In this document: piece after piece, positions 21,156 to 30,152 of the stretch
Numbering within the stretch: the stretch's first letter is position 1
Layout: each line of letters opens with the position of its first letter
IMG/VR virus record: IMGVR_UViG_3300030119_000552
Location: 11,803-75,802 of that record
DNA: 64,000 nt
Origin: a virus
Reading direction: 5' to 3' (one strand)
The notes under the pieces: model-generated
Told to the model about the DNA's origin: nothing
What the model saw: only the letters and a program-made list of their open reading frames with translations
Databases searched by the model: none
Program-made: the position numbers and the translations under genes

Positions 21156-21764
21156 ATGTATCAATATGTTAGTTCCACCGAAAACTTGGTCCTACTACTT
21201 ACCCACTACTGGACTCCATTGAATGTTACATCCGTAAAAGAGGGTTTGAAAAAGTTAATGGGTGCTAAAGAAAGATTCCACAAAACAAGACCGAAAGTGA
21301 TGGCAGTTGCCAGTGATGGAACTACCTGTGACTGGAATACTTGGATTGAATATAAGCATGGGTTTTATCCAAACCAACCATTTGTTCGTTCGGTTAATCA
21401 CGTGATTCCCGTTCCTACAATTTTATTAACAACTGCAAATTTCACTTACAATGCTAAAAGGAAACCTTCCTTAAAATATCTGTACAAGAAGTACAACGGA
21501 ATGTGTCAAATATGCGGAGAACACTTTCCTCAAAATAAATTGACCATAGAACACATAAAACCAAAAAGCAAAGGTGGTGATAACGATTATTTCAATTTGA
21601 CATTAACTTGCGTAAAGTGTAATTCACGAAAAGGAAGTATATTTCCATACTACGATTACAAAGGTGATGTGTTGAAGGCAACTCCACCAAAACCTTTTTA
21701 TGAAGTGGGTGGTGCTGGTCGTGAAGAATGGAAACCATATCTATTTAAAAATTCTTCTTTTTAA
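21156..21764 (+). CDS. HNH endonuclease
   Basis: CQICG, LTIEHIKPKSKGG, NL-CVKCNSRKG. Confidence 0.9.
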   Translation: MYQYVSSTENLVLLLTHYWTPLNVTSVKEGLKKLMGAKERFHKTRPKVMAVASDGTTCDWNTWIEYKHGFYPNQPFVRSVNHVIPVPTILLTTANFTYNAKRKPSLKYLYKKYNGMCQICGEHFPQNKLTIEHIKPKSKGGDNDYFNLTLTCVKCNSRKGSIFPYYDYKGDVLKATPPKPFYEVGGAGREEWKPYLFKNSSF

Positions 21765-21767
21765 TTG

Positions 21768-21796
21768 TTGACATTTCTTATAATAACAAGTATAGT
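21768..21796 (+). promoter_or_regulatory. sigma70-like promoter of tRNA array
   Basis: TTGACA-17-TATAGT. Confidence 0.75.
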
Positions 21797-21897
21797 GGTG
21801 GCACAATTAATTCTTCCTATGTAGGAAACATAGGCATAACGGCCGATAAGGGGTGTCCAAACCATTCGCAATGAGAGGGGCAAAACATTTCTTTCAC

Positions 21898-21973
21898 GCA
21901 TCGGTGGCTCGAATGGTTAGGCAAGGGACTGCAAATCCCTATTATGCAGGTTCAAGTCCTGTCCGATGCTCCA
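21898..21973 (+). tRNA. trnC: tRNA-Cys(GCA)
   Basis: Acceptor GCATCGG/CCGATGC, anticodon arm AGGGA-CTGCAAA-TCCCT, T arm, encoded CCA. Confidence 0.93.
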
Positions 21974-21987
21974 TAAACAATTTTTAT

Positions 21988-22063
21988 GCCACCTTAGCTC
22001 AGTTGGTAGAGCACCTCACTTGTAATGAGGATGTCGTCAGTTCGAATCTGACAGGTGGCTCCA
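21988..22063 (+). tRNA. trnT: tRNA-Thr(UGU)
   Basis: GCCACCT/AGGTGGC, CCTCA-CTTGTAA-TGAGG, TTCGAAT, CCA. Confidence 0.95.
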
Positions 22064-22074
22064 TTTTAATGTGT

Positions 22075-22151
22075 CGGGGTATAGCGTAGCCTGGTATCGC
22101 GCTTGCTTTGGGAGCAAGAGGTCGCAGGTTCAAATCCTGCTATCCCGACCA
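22075..22151 (+). tRNA. trnP: tRNA-Pro(UGG)
   Basis: CGGGGTA/TATCCCG, CTTGC-TTTGGGA-GCAAG, CCA. Confidence 0.95.
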
Positions 22152-22154
22152 TGT

Positions 22155-22231
22155 GTCCACATCGTCTAGTCAGGTTAGGACACCGGGTTTTCATCCCGGC
22201 AACCGGAGTTCGAATCTCCGTGTGGATGCCA
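22155..22231 (+). tRNA. trnE: tRNA-Glu(UUC)
   Basis: GTCCACA/TGTGGAT, CCGGG-TTTTCAT-CCCGG, CCA. Confidence 0.93.
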
Positions 22232-22250
22232 TTTTGATTCAAAACACAAT

Positions 22251-22291
22251 AGGGTCGGATAAGTTTTATTCTTATTCGACCCTTCTTTTTT
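22251..22291 (+). terminator. Hairpin/terminator inside tRNA array
   Basis: AGGGTCGGATAAG-7nt-CTTATTCGACCCT followed by TCTTTTTT, directly before tRNA-Val. Confidence 0.6.
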
Positions 22292-22368
<77 letters not shown>

Positions 22369-22400
22369 TTTTTAGTTTAAAGTTATATTTATATATTCAC

Positions 22401-23132
22401 ATGGAAACAACAGAACTTAAACAATTGATAAAAACTTGTATTTCTGAACTATTATCTGAGGAAGGTGGGTTTAAATATAATGTAGCAAATTTAAGTTTAG
22501 ATAAAGCAAGAGATTATGCTGAATCCGAGTTTATTAATGCAGGACAAACATTAAACGAAGTAATTCCAGATTTTGATAAAAATTACATGAATCTTCAAAA
22601 GGCGTGTAAATCTGCTTTAGATATTCCACGAATTGATATGCCTGTTATTGAACCGACTGATATGAAGTTATTCACCAAAAAACTTGCTCTTGGTCATATT
22701 GATATTTTTAAACCTTACAAAATTGATTCTTTTATTGGTAGATTTCCAAAAGGATTGAATAAAAAAGTAGGTAAGCAATGGGTAAATCTCGGAATGCAAG
22801 ATGGCAACCCAAAAGATGATGTTATCAAAGGTAAATGGACAAAGTTTCCTGCAAAGAATTTAAAACCAACTCAAAGTCAAATTTGGTTGGAAAAACTCGT
22901 TGGTAATATCATTCAATTTGGTGTACCATTAGATGGTTCTCCTATTACCAAAGCATCTGTTATTGCTTCACAAGAAGGTTATATATTAGACGGACATCAC
23001 CGTTATGGACAGGCAATGCTTGCTAACCCACCATTAAAGTTGTCAGCACTTTATATACCATTAGACATTAAAACACTACTTGCAATGGGTAGGTCATACG
23101 GTAATGCAATAGGCAATAAACAAAAAGGTTAA
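22401..23132 (+). CDS. ParB/Srx-like domain protein
   Basis: LKPTQSQI...ILDGHHR. N-terminal LKQLIK...LLSE leader; ATATTTAT upstream. Confidence 0.7.
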   Translation: METTELKQLIKTCISELLSEEGGFKYNVANLSLDKARDYAESEFINAGQTLNEVIPDFDKNYMNLQKACKSALDIPRIDMPVIEPTDMKLFTKKLALGHIDIFKPYKIDSFIGRFPKGLNKKVGKQWVNLGMQDGNPKDDVIKGKWTKFPAKNLKPTQSQIWLEKLVGNIIQFGVPLDGSPITKASVIASQEGYILDGHHRYGQAMLANPPLKLSALYIPLDIKTLLAMGRSYGNAIGNKQKG

Positions 23133-23201
23133 TTCACCTTTATCATTTTTTATATAAATGTATATGTATATTCAATGGATATATATACATATATTTTAAT
23201 T

Positions 23202-23277
23202 GGGGCTGTAGCTCAGCTGGAAGAGCATCTGATTTGCATTCAGAAGGTCATCGGTTCGATCCCGTTCAGCTCCACCA
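23202..23277 (+). tRNA. trnA: tRNA-Ala(UGC)
   Basis: GGGGCTG/CAGCTCC with G3:U70, TCTGA-TTTGCAT-TCAGA, CCA. Confidence 0.95.
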
Positions 23278-23296
23278 ATTTTAAAGGAGCATCGTT

Positions 23297-23482
23297 ATGA
23301 AAGTAGAAATAGACAAAGAAACCAACGAAGTAGTTATTCGTTTGCCAATAGAAAAAGAACCAAAAGACTCTGCAAGTGGTAAAACAAAAATCATTGCATC
23401 GTCAAGTGGAAGAAATGTTACAACCGAGTCATATGAAGGAAAGCAGTTGATGGTAACTGCTAGTGTTTATTATAAACCATAA
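23297..23482 (+). CDS. hypothetical protein
   Basis: AAGGAG Shine-Dalgarno; SASGKT-IIASS-G motif. Confidence 0.7.
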   Translation: MKVEIDKETNEVVIRLPIEKEPKDSASGKTKIIASSSGRNVTTESYEGKQLMVTASVYYKP

Positions 23483-23513
23483 CTTTTTTGTAATAGATAT
23501 ATATTTATTATAC

Positions 23514-24656
23514 ATGAAGTCCGAAAATATTGTTTGTGAAGAGTGGAAGGGGTATCGTCCCAATATGCCTGTTCAAGTTGTTGGTGTAAAAAACGGAAAG
23601 ATTACATCCAATGGTGGTGGAGTTGAAGTATTTAAAAATCTCAAGGATGCACAGAAAAAGTATTCAGACCTTGATCATGAAGAAAATTCAAAGAGATTCA
23701 CTTGGGTTATGCGAGGAGAGGTCAATGGAAAAGATGCCGGACGATTTGAAACATGGCAAGCAAATAAAATGTATTCTATGGAAGAGCAAACATTCCAAGA
23801 TACAATGAAAGAAGCAAAATTTAATTCTCGTATTCTACCTGCTAATGTGGAAGACCTTGAAATGAAAACTTTAATTGTTGCAATCGGAAGTGCAGTTGTT
23901 GGGTTGCTAGATAAAATAAAAAAGAACACGGGATCAAATGCTAATCCAGTAAGTTTGCAAGTTATCAAAGGTGGAGATGCTATTAAATCTGCACTAAAAA
24001 GTCAAATGGATTTGAAAGGTAAAGATGCTCTTGTTGCGTTCTTCAAAGAAACAAATAAACACTTTGATGCGTCTGCTCCTGTTATATCAAGTATAGTGAG
24101 GAAATATAAATTGAAATCAGATAAGTATAGTGGTAAGGTATTCGCAGAACAAGAAACAAAATTACGTGAACTTGTTCGTGGTTATTTAAAAAAGATGTCA
24201 GAAAAGGTAGATGTAAACATTCCTGATAACATAGTTGATTTACAGGATCGTATTGCCCAAAAGAAGAACGATGTTTTTTGGTGGGAAAAGCAATTACAGA
24301 AATCAAGAAAGAATAGTTTAATTGCGATGCGGTCAATGCACCACCAACAAGCAAAGAAAGATTTAAAAGATTTGGAAAAAGCACTTAAAAAAGCACAAAA
24401 GAACGAGTCAACCGAAGAACCGATTGAAGAAGCAAAGAAAAGTAAAATGATTCCTATGGAAAAGTACGGAGCTGCCTTTATGGTTGATAATGGAGTTCTT
24501 TTATCTGTTCCTATGTTGCGTGATGGTGGGTTTGAAACCTTTGGTGGAGAACTTGATTGGGGTGAAGTAACTGCTCCGGAATCTCAAAAATTTCTTGATG
24601 ACATCAACAAAAAATTTAAGACGAAGTTCAAAATGAATGACTTCGCAGGTAGATAA
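23514..24656 (+). CDS. hypothetical segmented protein (internal virion protein candidate)
   Basis: Start at 23514 after ATATTTAT; Lys-rich segments separated by Glu-rich linkers. Confidence 0.6.
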   Translation: MKSENIVCEEWKGYRPNMPVQVVGVKNGKITSNGGGVEVFKNLKDAQKKYSDLDHEENSKRFTWVMRGEVNGKDAGRFETWQANKMYSMEEQTFQDTMKEAKFNSRILPANVEDLEMKTLIVAIGSAVVGLLDKIKKNTGSNANPVSLQVIKGGDAIKSALKSQMDLKGKDALVAFFKETNKHFDASAPVISSIVRKYKLKSDKYSGKVFAEQETKLRELVRGYLKKMSEKVDVNIPDNIVDLQDRIAQKKNDVFWWEKQLQKSRKNSLIAMRSMHHQQAKKDLKDLEKALKKAQKNESTEEPIEEAKKSKMIPMEKYGAAFMVDNGVLLSVPMLRDGGFETFGGELDWGEVTAPESQKFLDDINKKFKTKFKMNDFAGR

Positions 24657-24985
24657 TGTATAAATTGGGTGAATCCAACATTCACGGGCATGGTTTAATT
24701 GCTACTGAAGATATTGAACCAAATGTAGATATTGGATTAAGTCATATTGGTATTGGTTTGGTGAATGGAAAAGTTGTTGCCGGTGAAGCAACCGATATAG
24801 GCAATTTTCAAAATCATAGCAATACACCAAATTGTGTTAATAGGATTGTAGACAAAGACCTACATATGGTTACCACACAAACAGTAAAATGTGGAGACGA
24901 ATTGACTGTAAATTTTTACGAAAATACAAATATTTGTGTTAACATAGAAAACTCCGAAAGTTGGAATAAAAGTCAATTTTTATAA
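24656..24985 (+). CDS. SET-domain protein (lysine methyltransferase-like)
   Basis: S-IHGHGLIATEDI, NHSNTPNC, GDELTVNF. Confidence 0.85.
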   Translation: MYKLGESNIHGHGLIATEDIEPNVDIGLSHIGIGLVNGKVVAGEATDIGNFQNHSNTPNCVNRIVDKDLHMVTTQTVKCGDELTVNFYENTNICVNIENSESWNKSQFL

Positions 24986-24999
24986 TATTTATAGATGTT

Positions 25000-25329
25000 A
25001 TGGGAAATAAAAAAGAATTTAGTGGGAAACCTTTTACAAAAGAAGATCGTGAACAATCACTTCAAGATATTCTTCCGTGTGAGATGGATGATAAAAGAAC
25101 CGTGTGCAATGTTGTTAGATTAATTTATCAATCTGCACAAGATGAAGCATATAATCTTGGTGCTATTCGTGAACTTGCCTTAGAAGCAATGTGGATGGGA
25201 AAACGAATGAATGATAAGTTAGAAAAAAATCGTCAAGAACAAATGTACGAAGAGTATATAAACCAAGACGAAAGTGATCTCAACTATAATTCTGATATGT
25301 ACGATCTTGCTCAAGGAAACTGGGATTAA
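25000..25329 (+). CDS. hypothetical protein
   Basis: 109-aa ORF; ATATTTAT upstream. Confidence 0.65.
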   Translation: MGNKKEFSGKPFTKEDREQSLQDILPCEMDDKRTVCNVVRLIYQSAQDEAYNLGAIRELALEAMWMGKRMNDKLEKNRQEQMYEEYINQDESDLNYNSDMYDLAQGNWD

Positions 25330-25360
25330 ATAGTTATCGTTCTGATATGTATATATTGGA

Positions 25361-26914
25361 ATGACTAAACCAACTTGCTCAGACGAAACTTGCTCATATC
25401 CAGAGACGTGTGACTGGAATAATATGTGTATGGCAGACCAATTAGAAATAGGTAATGAAGTAAGAATGTATGAAACCTCAATTGATAAGATTGGGGTTCT
25501 TTTGTGTCATGGTTTTTTATCAAAGCACGAACAGATGGTCCCACTCAGCAATTATATATACGAAACACTTGGTTGGGAAACAAGTTTGGTTGAACTAACT
25601 GGACATGGTTATGATGAAGAAAATATTACAAGTGCAACTTGGTCTGATTGGGTGGATGACGTAAAAACCAAGTATTTGAATCTCAAACAAAGATGCGATA
25701 AAGTTTACATGATTGGATTTTCGTTGGGTGGTTGTATATCTGCATATGTTGCAAGTTTGAAAAGCATCAAACCCGAAGGACTGATAATCATAAACGGAGT
25801 GTTTGGTGTAAAGAATGTTTTCAATAAACTTCTTCCTGGTGTTATGATATATAATAAAGTTTGCAAAAAGTTAAAACTACAAAAGATTATGTTGGAATCC
25901 ATTACCAATGATAGTGAGGCACCTGATTTGAACCAACCTCTTGTCAATTTATATGCTACAAACGAACTTCGTAAGATGTCCAAAATTACAGGCACTATAT
26001 TGAAAGACATAAGATGTCCCACTTTCTTGATTCAGGAATATAACGATCCAACTGTATTTTATGGAAGTGGGAAACGAGCATTTAAAAAATTGGGTGCAAC
26101 CTTCAAAAGATTTCACACAACAAAACTGAATACCCACCTTACCATTTACGACAAAGGAATGGAGTGTAATGTATTTTGTAAAATTTTGGAGTTTCTGAAA
26201 GATGTTGAAAAAGACACATTTCTAAATATTGCTCACCGTGGTGCAAGTGGTGATTTTACCGAAAACACATTACAGGCATTTGAGGAAGCAATTCGACGTG
26301 GGTGCGATGCTATTGAATTTGATGTACAACCAATTGGTAATCAATTCCGAGTATTTCACGATGATAACTTTAAAAGAATGTTTGGTGTTGATAAAGATTC
26401 AAATAAAATAAAAGAAAGTGAAGTAACCAAGTTGGTTTACCCAAATTTAGAAAAAATACCCACACTACAAGAAGCACTTGATTGTATTGCAGGTAGAGTT
26501 CACATAAACATTGAGATAAAGAGTTCAGAAGTTGCTACAAACATTGCTAATATTACAAGAACTTATCTTAAAAAACCAGAGTGGAACAACAAAGACATAG
26601 TACTTTCAAGTTTCAGTAATGCCACTGTTAATATGCTAAGAAGACATTACAAGGAATTAAAGTTATCGTACTTGGTTTACGATCACTATTGTAATTTAAA
26701 AGATATGAAAGTTTTGAAAAGCAATTACTTTAGATATAATCTTCATTCTCTGAATCTTCCGTTGGAAGGTATTACACCTGAAATTGTAGAGTATTGCAAC
26801 AAAGATAATATACAGATATATGTATATACCGTAAATGAAACTAAACAAATTCGTTATTTAAGAGAACTTGGTGTAAGTGGAGTATTTACTGACTTTCCAA
26901 GATTGATACGATAA
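25361..26914 (+). CDS. alpha/beta-hydrolase (esterase/lipase) fused to glycerophosphodiester phosphodiesterase
   Basis: N-terminal LLCHGF, GHG, GFSLGG, D..H. C-terminal IAHRGAS, ENTL, IEFDV, HDD, NIEIK, YTVN, GVFTDFP. Confidence 0.9.
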   Translation: MTKPTCSDETCSYPETCDWNNMCMADQLEIGNEVRMYETSIDKIGVLLCHGFLSKHEQMVPLSNYIYETLGWETSLVELTGHGYDEENITSATWSDWVDDVKTKYLNLKQRCDKVYMIGFSLGGCISAYVASLKSIKPEGLIIINGVFGVKNVFNKLLPGVMIYNKVCKKLKLQKIMLESITNDSEAPDLNQPLVNLYATNELRKMSKITGTILKDIRCPTFLIQEYNDPTVFYGSGKRAFKKLGATFKRFHTTKLNTHLTIYDKGMECNVFCKILEFLKDVEKDTFLNIAHRGASGDFTENTLQAFEEAIRRGCDAIEFDVQPIGNQFRVFHDDNFKRMFGVDKDSNKIKESEVTKLVYPNLEKIPTLQEALDCIAGRVHINIEIKSSEVATNIANITRTYLKKPEWNNKDIVLSSFSNATVNMLRRHYKELKLSYLVYDHYCNLKDMKVLKSNYFRYNLHSLNLPLEGITPEIVEYCNKDNIQIYVYTVNETKQIRYLRELGVSGVFTDFPRLIR

Positions 26915-26941
26915 AGTTGTTTTAATATATATTTATTTCGT

Positions 26942-28498
26942 ATGGATGTTGTCCAACACTATTTGTCGGGATTTGATTTGCACGAAGTTACTTCTAATTT
27001 AAAAGAATTATTGCACGAAGCTGCCACTACAAATGCTTCGGATGCCGAGGTTGCTATTTGTGTTGCGTACAACATCAAACAAGGTAAAAAAGAAGCAGAT
27101 GCTCTTAAATCAGCAGGTGTAGACAAAGCAACTTGGAAAAAGATTAAAGCAAACAAAGCAGTATACAATGCAGGTAAAAAAGTTGCGAAAGGATTAAAAA
27201 ACATCGGTGGATCATTAACATGGTCTGGTAAAACATCTGCTACTACATTTTACAAAAGTGGAAAAAAAGAAGCAGGTAAAGCAGATATAATTGGTAATAA
27301 TCGCAATAGACTTTCTGTAAAACAAGCAAGCAGTTCTGCAAAAAGTGCTCAACTTGTTAGTGGTACGTCTGGTGAAGCAGTTGGATTATTCGAATATGCG
27401 GTAAAGCATTTAGAAGCAAGTGGAAGAAAACTTGCAAATGATTCCGAGTTAAAAGATTTATTTGACATACTTGAAAAAGAAATGGCAAAAGCAGTTCGCA
27501 ATGACATCAATGTTGAAGTTGGAAAGGGTAAAAAAGATTTTCGTGATTGGGTAATTGCCGACAGTGGAAGGTATGATGAAGTTAAAGCAAAAGCAAAAAA
27601 TGCGACTGACGAAGAAATCAAAAGACATATTCGTGCAGAACTTGCGGTTGCAAATGCTATATCTAATGCCGATGCTCCAAAACTTGAAGGTGATTATATA
27701 AAAGGAGTTAAACCTATTACTCAAAAGCAGATTTCTAAAATGAGAGCAGATTATATTGGTTCGGATATGAAGATTGGTGATGTTACTATTGCAAAAGACT
27801 ATCTCGAAAAAGCAAATGTTCCGTCTGAATTATTAACCAAAGAAGCACTTAGAACACAAATAATGGATTTGATTGATGTGGCATTAAAAGCAGATTCTTG
27901 GAAAAATCGTATTCGTGAAATTATACAAAACAACTCGGAACTTAAAAAGTGGATCGTTTACGAGGCTGCAAGTGGTCTTGGAAAGTTTACAGGTAAAGCA
28001 TCTAAAGGTGGAAATTATTTTGGTGATAATGTTGCAGTTGCAAATAAAATACTCGTATTTGATGCTAATGGTGTAAAAAAAGTACATGACCTGTACAAAT
28101 GGTCGCAAAGCAACGGAGATTTGTGTAATAATGTTGATATAAGTTTCAAAGGAAGTGGAAGACGTAAATTTGTAAAATTTGGATTGGCTGCTGAATCAAT
28201 AGAAAATGATATTAGTAATATCATCAATGAACAATATTTTGAATTTGAAAAACAACTTAAAGTTTTGAACGAAGGAAAAGTTTGGGATACCATAAAAAGT
28301 GGTTTTGATTCTGCTTCGTCTTGGGTAAAATCTTCTTATGAAAAAATAGAAGCATTAATTTTACAATTCTATGAAAGTGTAATAAAGAAAGTTCTTGATT
28401 ACTTTTGGGAACTATTTCAAAAAGGATTAAGTCCAGTTTTAGAAAAAATGGGATATATTATGGAAGGAGTTGTTTCTTTATCTGTTCCCATTTGGTGA
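26942..28498 (+). CDS. Putative PD-(D/E)XK-fold nuclease 1 (D...SxK variant) with leader and amphipathic tail
   Basis: AEVAI...KADII...LSVKQ...QLVSG...EA, VYEAASG..KF; paralog of the next gene. Confidence 0.55.
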   Translation: MDVVQHYLSGFDLHEVTSNLKELLHEAATTNASDAEVAICVAYNIKQGKKEADALKSAGVDKATWKKIKANKAVYNAGKKVAKGLKNIGGSLTWSGKTSATTFYKSGKKEAGKADIIGNNRNRLSVKQASSSAKSAQLVSGTSGEAVGLFEYAVKHLEASGRKLANDSELKDLFDILEKEMAKAVRNDINVEVGKGKKDFRDWVIADSGRYDEVKAKAKNATDEEIKRHIRAELAVANAISNADAPKLEGDYIKGVKPITQKQISKMRADYIGSDMKIGDVTIAKDYLEKANVPSELLTKEALRTQIMDLIDVALKADSWKNRIREIIQNNSELKKWIVYEAASGLGKFTGKASKGGNYFGDNVAVANKILVFDANGVKKVHDLYKWSQSNGDLCNNVDISFKGSGRRKFVKFGLAAESIENDISNIINEQYFEFEKQLKVLNEGKVWDTIKSGFDSASSWVKSSYEKIEALILQFYESVIKKVLDYFWELFQKGLSPVLEKMGYIMEGVVSLSVPIW

Positions 28499-28526
28499 TA
28501 AACTTTTAAAGTATATATTTATTGTC

Positions 28527-30152
28527 GTGGACATTGTAGAGCATTTTATCAAAAATATTGATTCATCTTTTGAGGTAGATGATATTTTATGCGAACTTGC
28601 ATTACATGATTTATTCAAAAGAGACAATAAACAAAGGTTTATTGATAAGGTTGATAACAACGAAATGCTTGATGATAAAAATAATCCACTTAAACTAAAA
28701 AGTGGAACTACATCTTTATGGAATGATATGAAAAAACAACTTTTATCTGCGAAAGATAAAGACGGAATATCTGATTGGGGTGGTCGTGGTGATACTAAAA
28801 TAAAACAACTATTTGGTGTACCTATCAGTAAAATAGGCAAATCACAGAATGATATGAGTGGTGGTGCTAGTAGTGGAAATCCAAGTGGTGAAGATTGGGA
28901 AGCAATGATTGCTATTGGACTTGCCACTATTGAAAACAAAGACCCGTCAAAAGAAGTGCCAGATGAATGGTCACGAATAGAAAGAAAAGGTTTTTGGAAT
29001 AGTGATTTTAATCGTGACATTGCCGAAAAACTTGCAACTGCATTTAAAAAGAATGGATACAATCCAATTTCTCAAACAGGAAGTGGAAAGGGTGGTGCTG
29101 GTGTATCAGGTGAGTGGGGAGATATTTATAAAGAATACGGAAGTGGTTCTATGAACAAAACTCCGAAGACTGACATTAAAGGTGGGTCAAAGAAAATCTC
29201 TTTAAAGAAAGCAGGTGGTTCTCAAGCAATGAGTGCCAAGCAAGCAGAAGCAGCCGCAACATTTGGAGCAGCCGTTAGAATGTATGGCAAGAATTATCCA
29301 AGTAGTGTTAATACTATTTTAGATAAATTTAAAACTTCTGTGTTGGATTTATCTGATAGTAATTATCGTGGAAGCATTGATGCTCTTGAAAAAGATATTA
29401 AAAGTAGTCAAGGTGATCCAAAGAAAATGAGAAATTTAAAACCCGTGATCGACAATTTAAAACAAGCACGTGACGATGGTAAGTTTATTACTTCGGAAAT
29501 GAATCGTGTATTTTTGTCTGATTCTAAGTTCAAAAATTTATTTGTATTTGAAGCAGCCACCGGTTCTGTTAAATTTGGTGATACATCAGAAAGTCGTGCT
29601 GATACAATGGTTGAAATTGATACTGATAGTGGTAAGATTACATCTCAATATAAAATGGACACACCAAATGACATTTCTTCTCTTGCCAATCAATACAAGT
29701 TTTATTTGTCATTCAAAACAAGTGGTAATAGTGTTCCTTATATGGCACTGCGAGGGAATATGGAACAAGACCCAAAGAAGGTTACGGGTTGGATGAAAAA
29801 TCAACTAATGGAAAATAAAAACTTTTCAACGATATGTCCAACTTTTTTCAACATCATTAAAGAAGGATTTGAACAAGATGCTTTTGGTAAAAGACTTTTA
29901 AATGAATCAAGTTTTCAAAATCTAAACGAGTGGCAAATGCTAAAAAAAGTTCGTGACGGAATTACTTCTGTTAGCAACAAAGTAAAAGACCGTTTTGTTA
30001 AAATTTGGAATTGGATTTCTGAAAGAATATCCAAGGCATTTGATTGGATCAAAAAACAAGGTGCAAGAGCATTAGAATATTTGCAAAAGTTTTTTGGAAT
30101 CAAACTTGACAAGTGTGGAATAAGTGGAAAGTTAGAACTCTTTTCAAAATGA
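28527..30152 (+). CDS. Putative PD-(D/E)XK-fold nuclease 2
   Basis: GTG start 4 nt after ATATTTAT. WEAMI...PKTDI...ISLKK...SQAMS...EA, VFEAATG..KF. Confidence 0.6.
   Translation: MDIVEHFIKNIDSSFEVDDILCELALHDLFKRDNKQRFIDKVDNNEMLDDKNNPLKLKSGTTSLWNDMKKQLLSAKDKDGISDWGGRGDTKIKQLFGVPISKIGKSQNDMSGGASSGNPSGEDWEAMIAIGLATIENKDPSKEVPDEWSRIERKGFWNSDFNRDIAEKLATAFKKNGYNPISQTGSGKGGAGVSGEWGDIYKEYGSGSMNKTPKTDIKGGSKKISLKKAGGSQAMSAKQAEAAATFGAAVRMYGKNYPSSVNTILDKFKTSVLDLSDSNYRGSIDALEKDIKSSQGDPKKMRNLKPVIDNLKQARDDGKFITSEMNRVFLSDSKFKNLFVFEAATGSVKFGDTSESRADTMVEIDTDSGKITSQYKMDTPNDISSLANQYKFYLSFKTSGNSVPYMALRGNMEQDPKKVTGWMKNQLMENKNFSTICPTFFNIIKEGFEQDAFGKRLLNESSFQNLNEWQMLKKVRDGITSVSNKVKDRFVKIWNWISERISKAFDWIKKQGARALEYLQKFFGIKLDKCGISGKLELFSK

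Noticed and set aside
23145-23195. Imperfect AT palindrome before tRNA-Ala
   Set aside because: Low complexity; indistinguishable from chance or overlapping promoter-like motifs.
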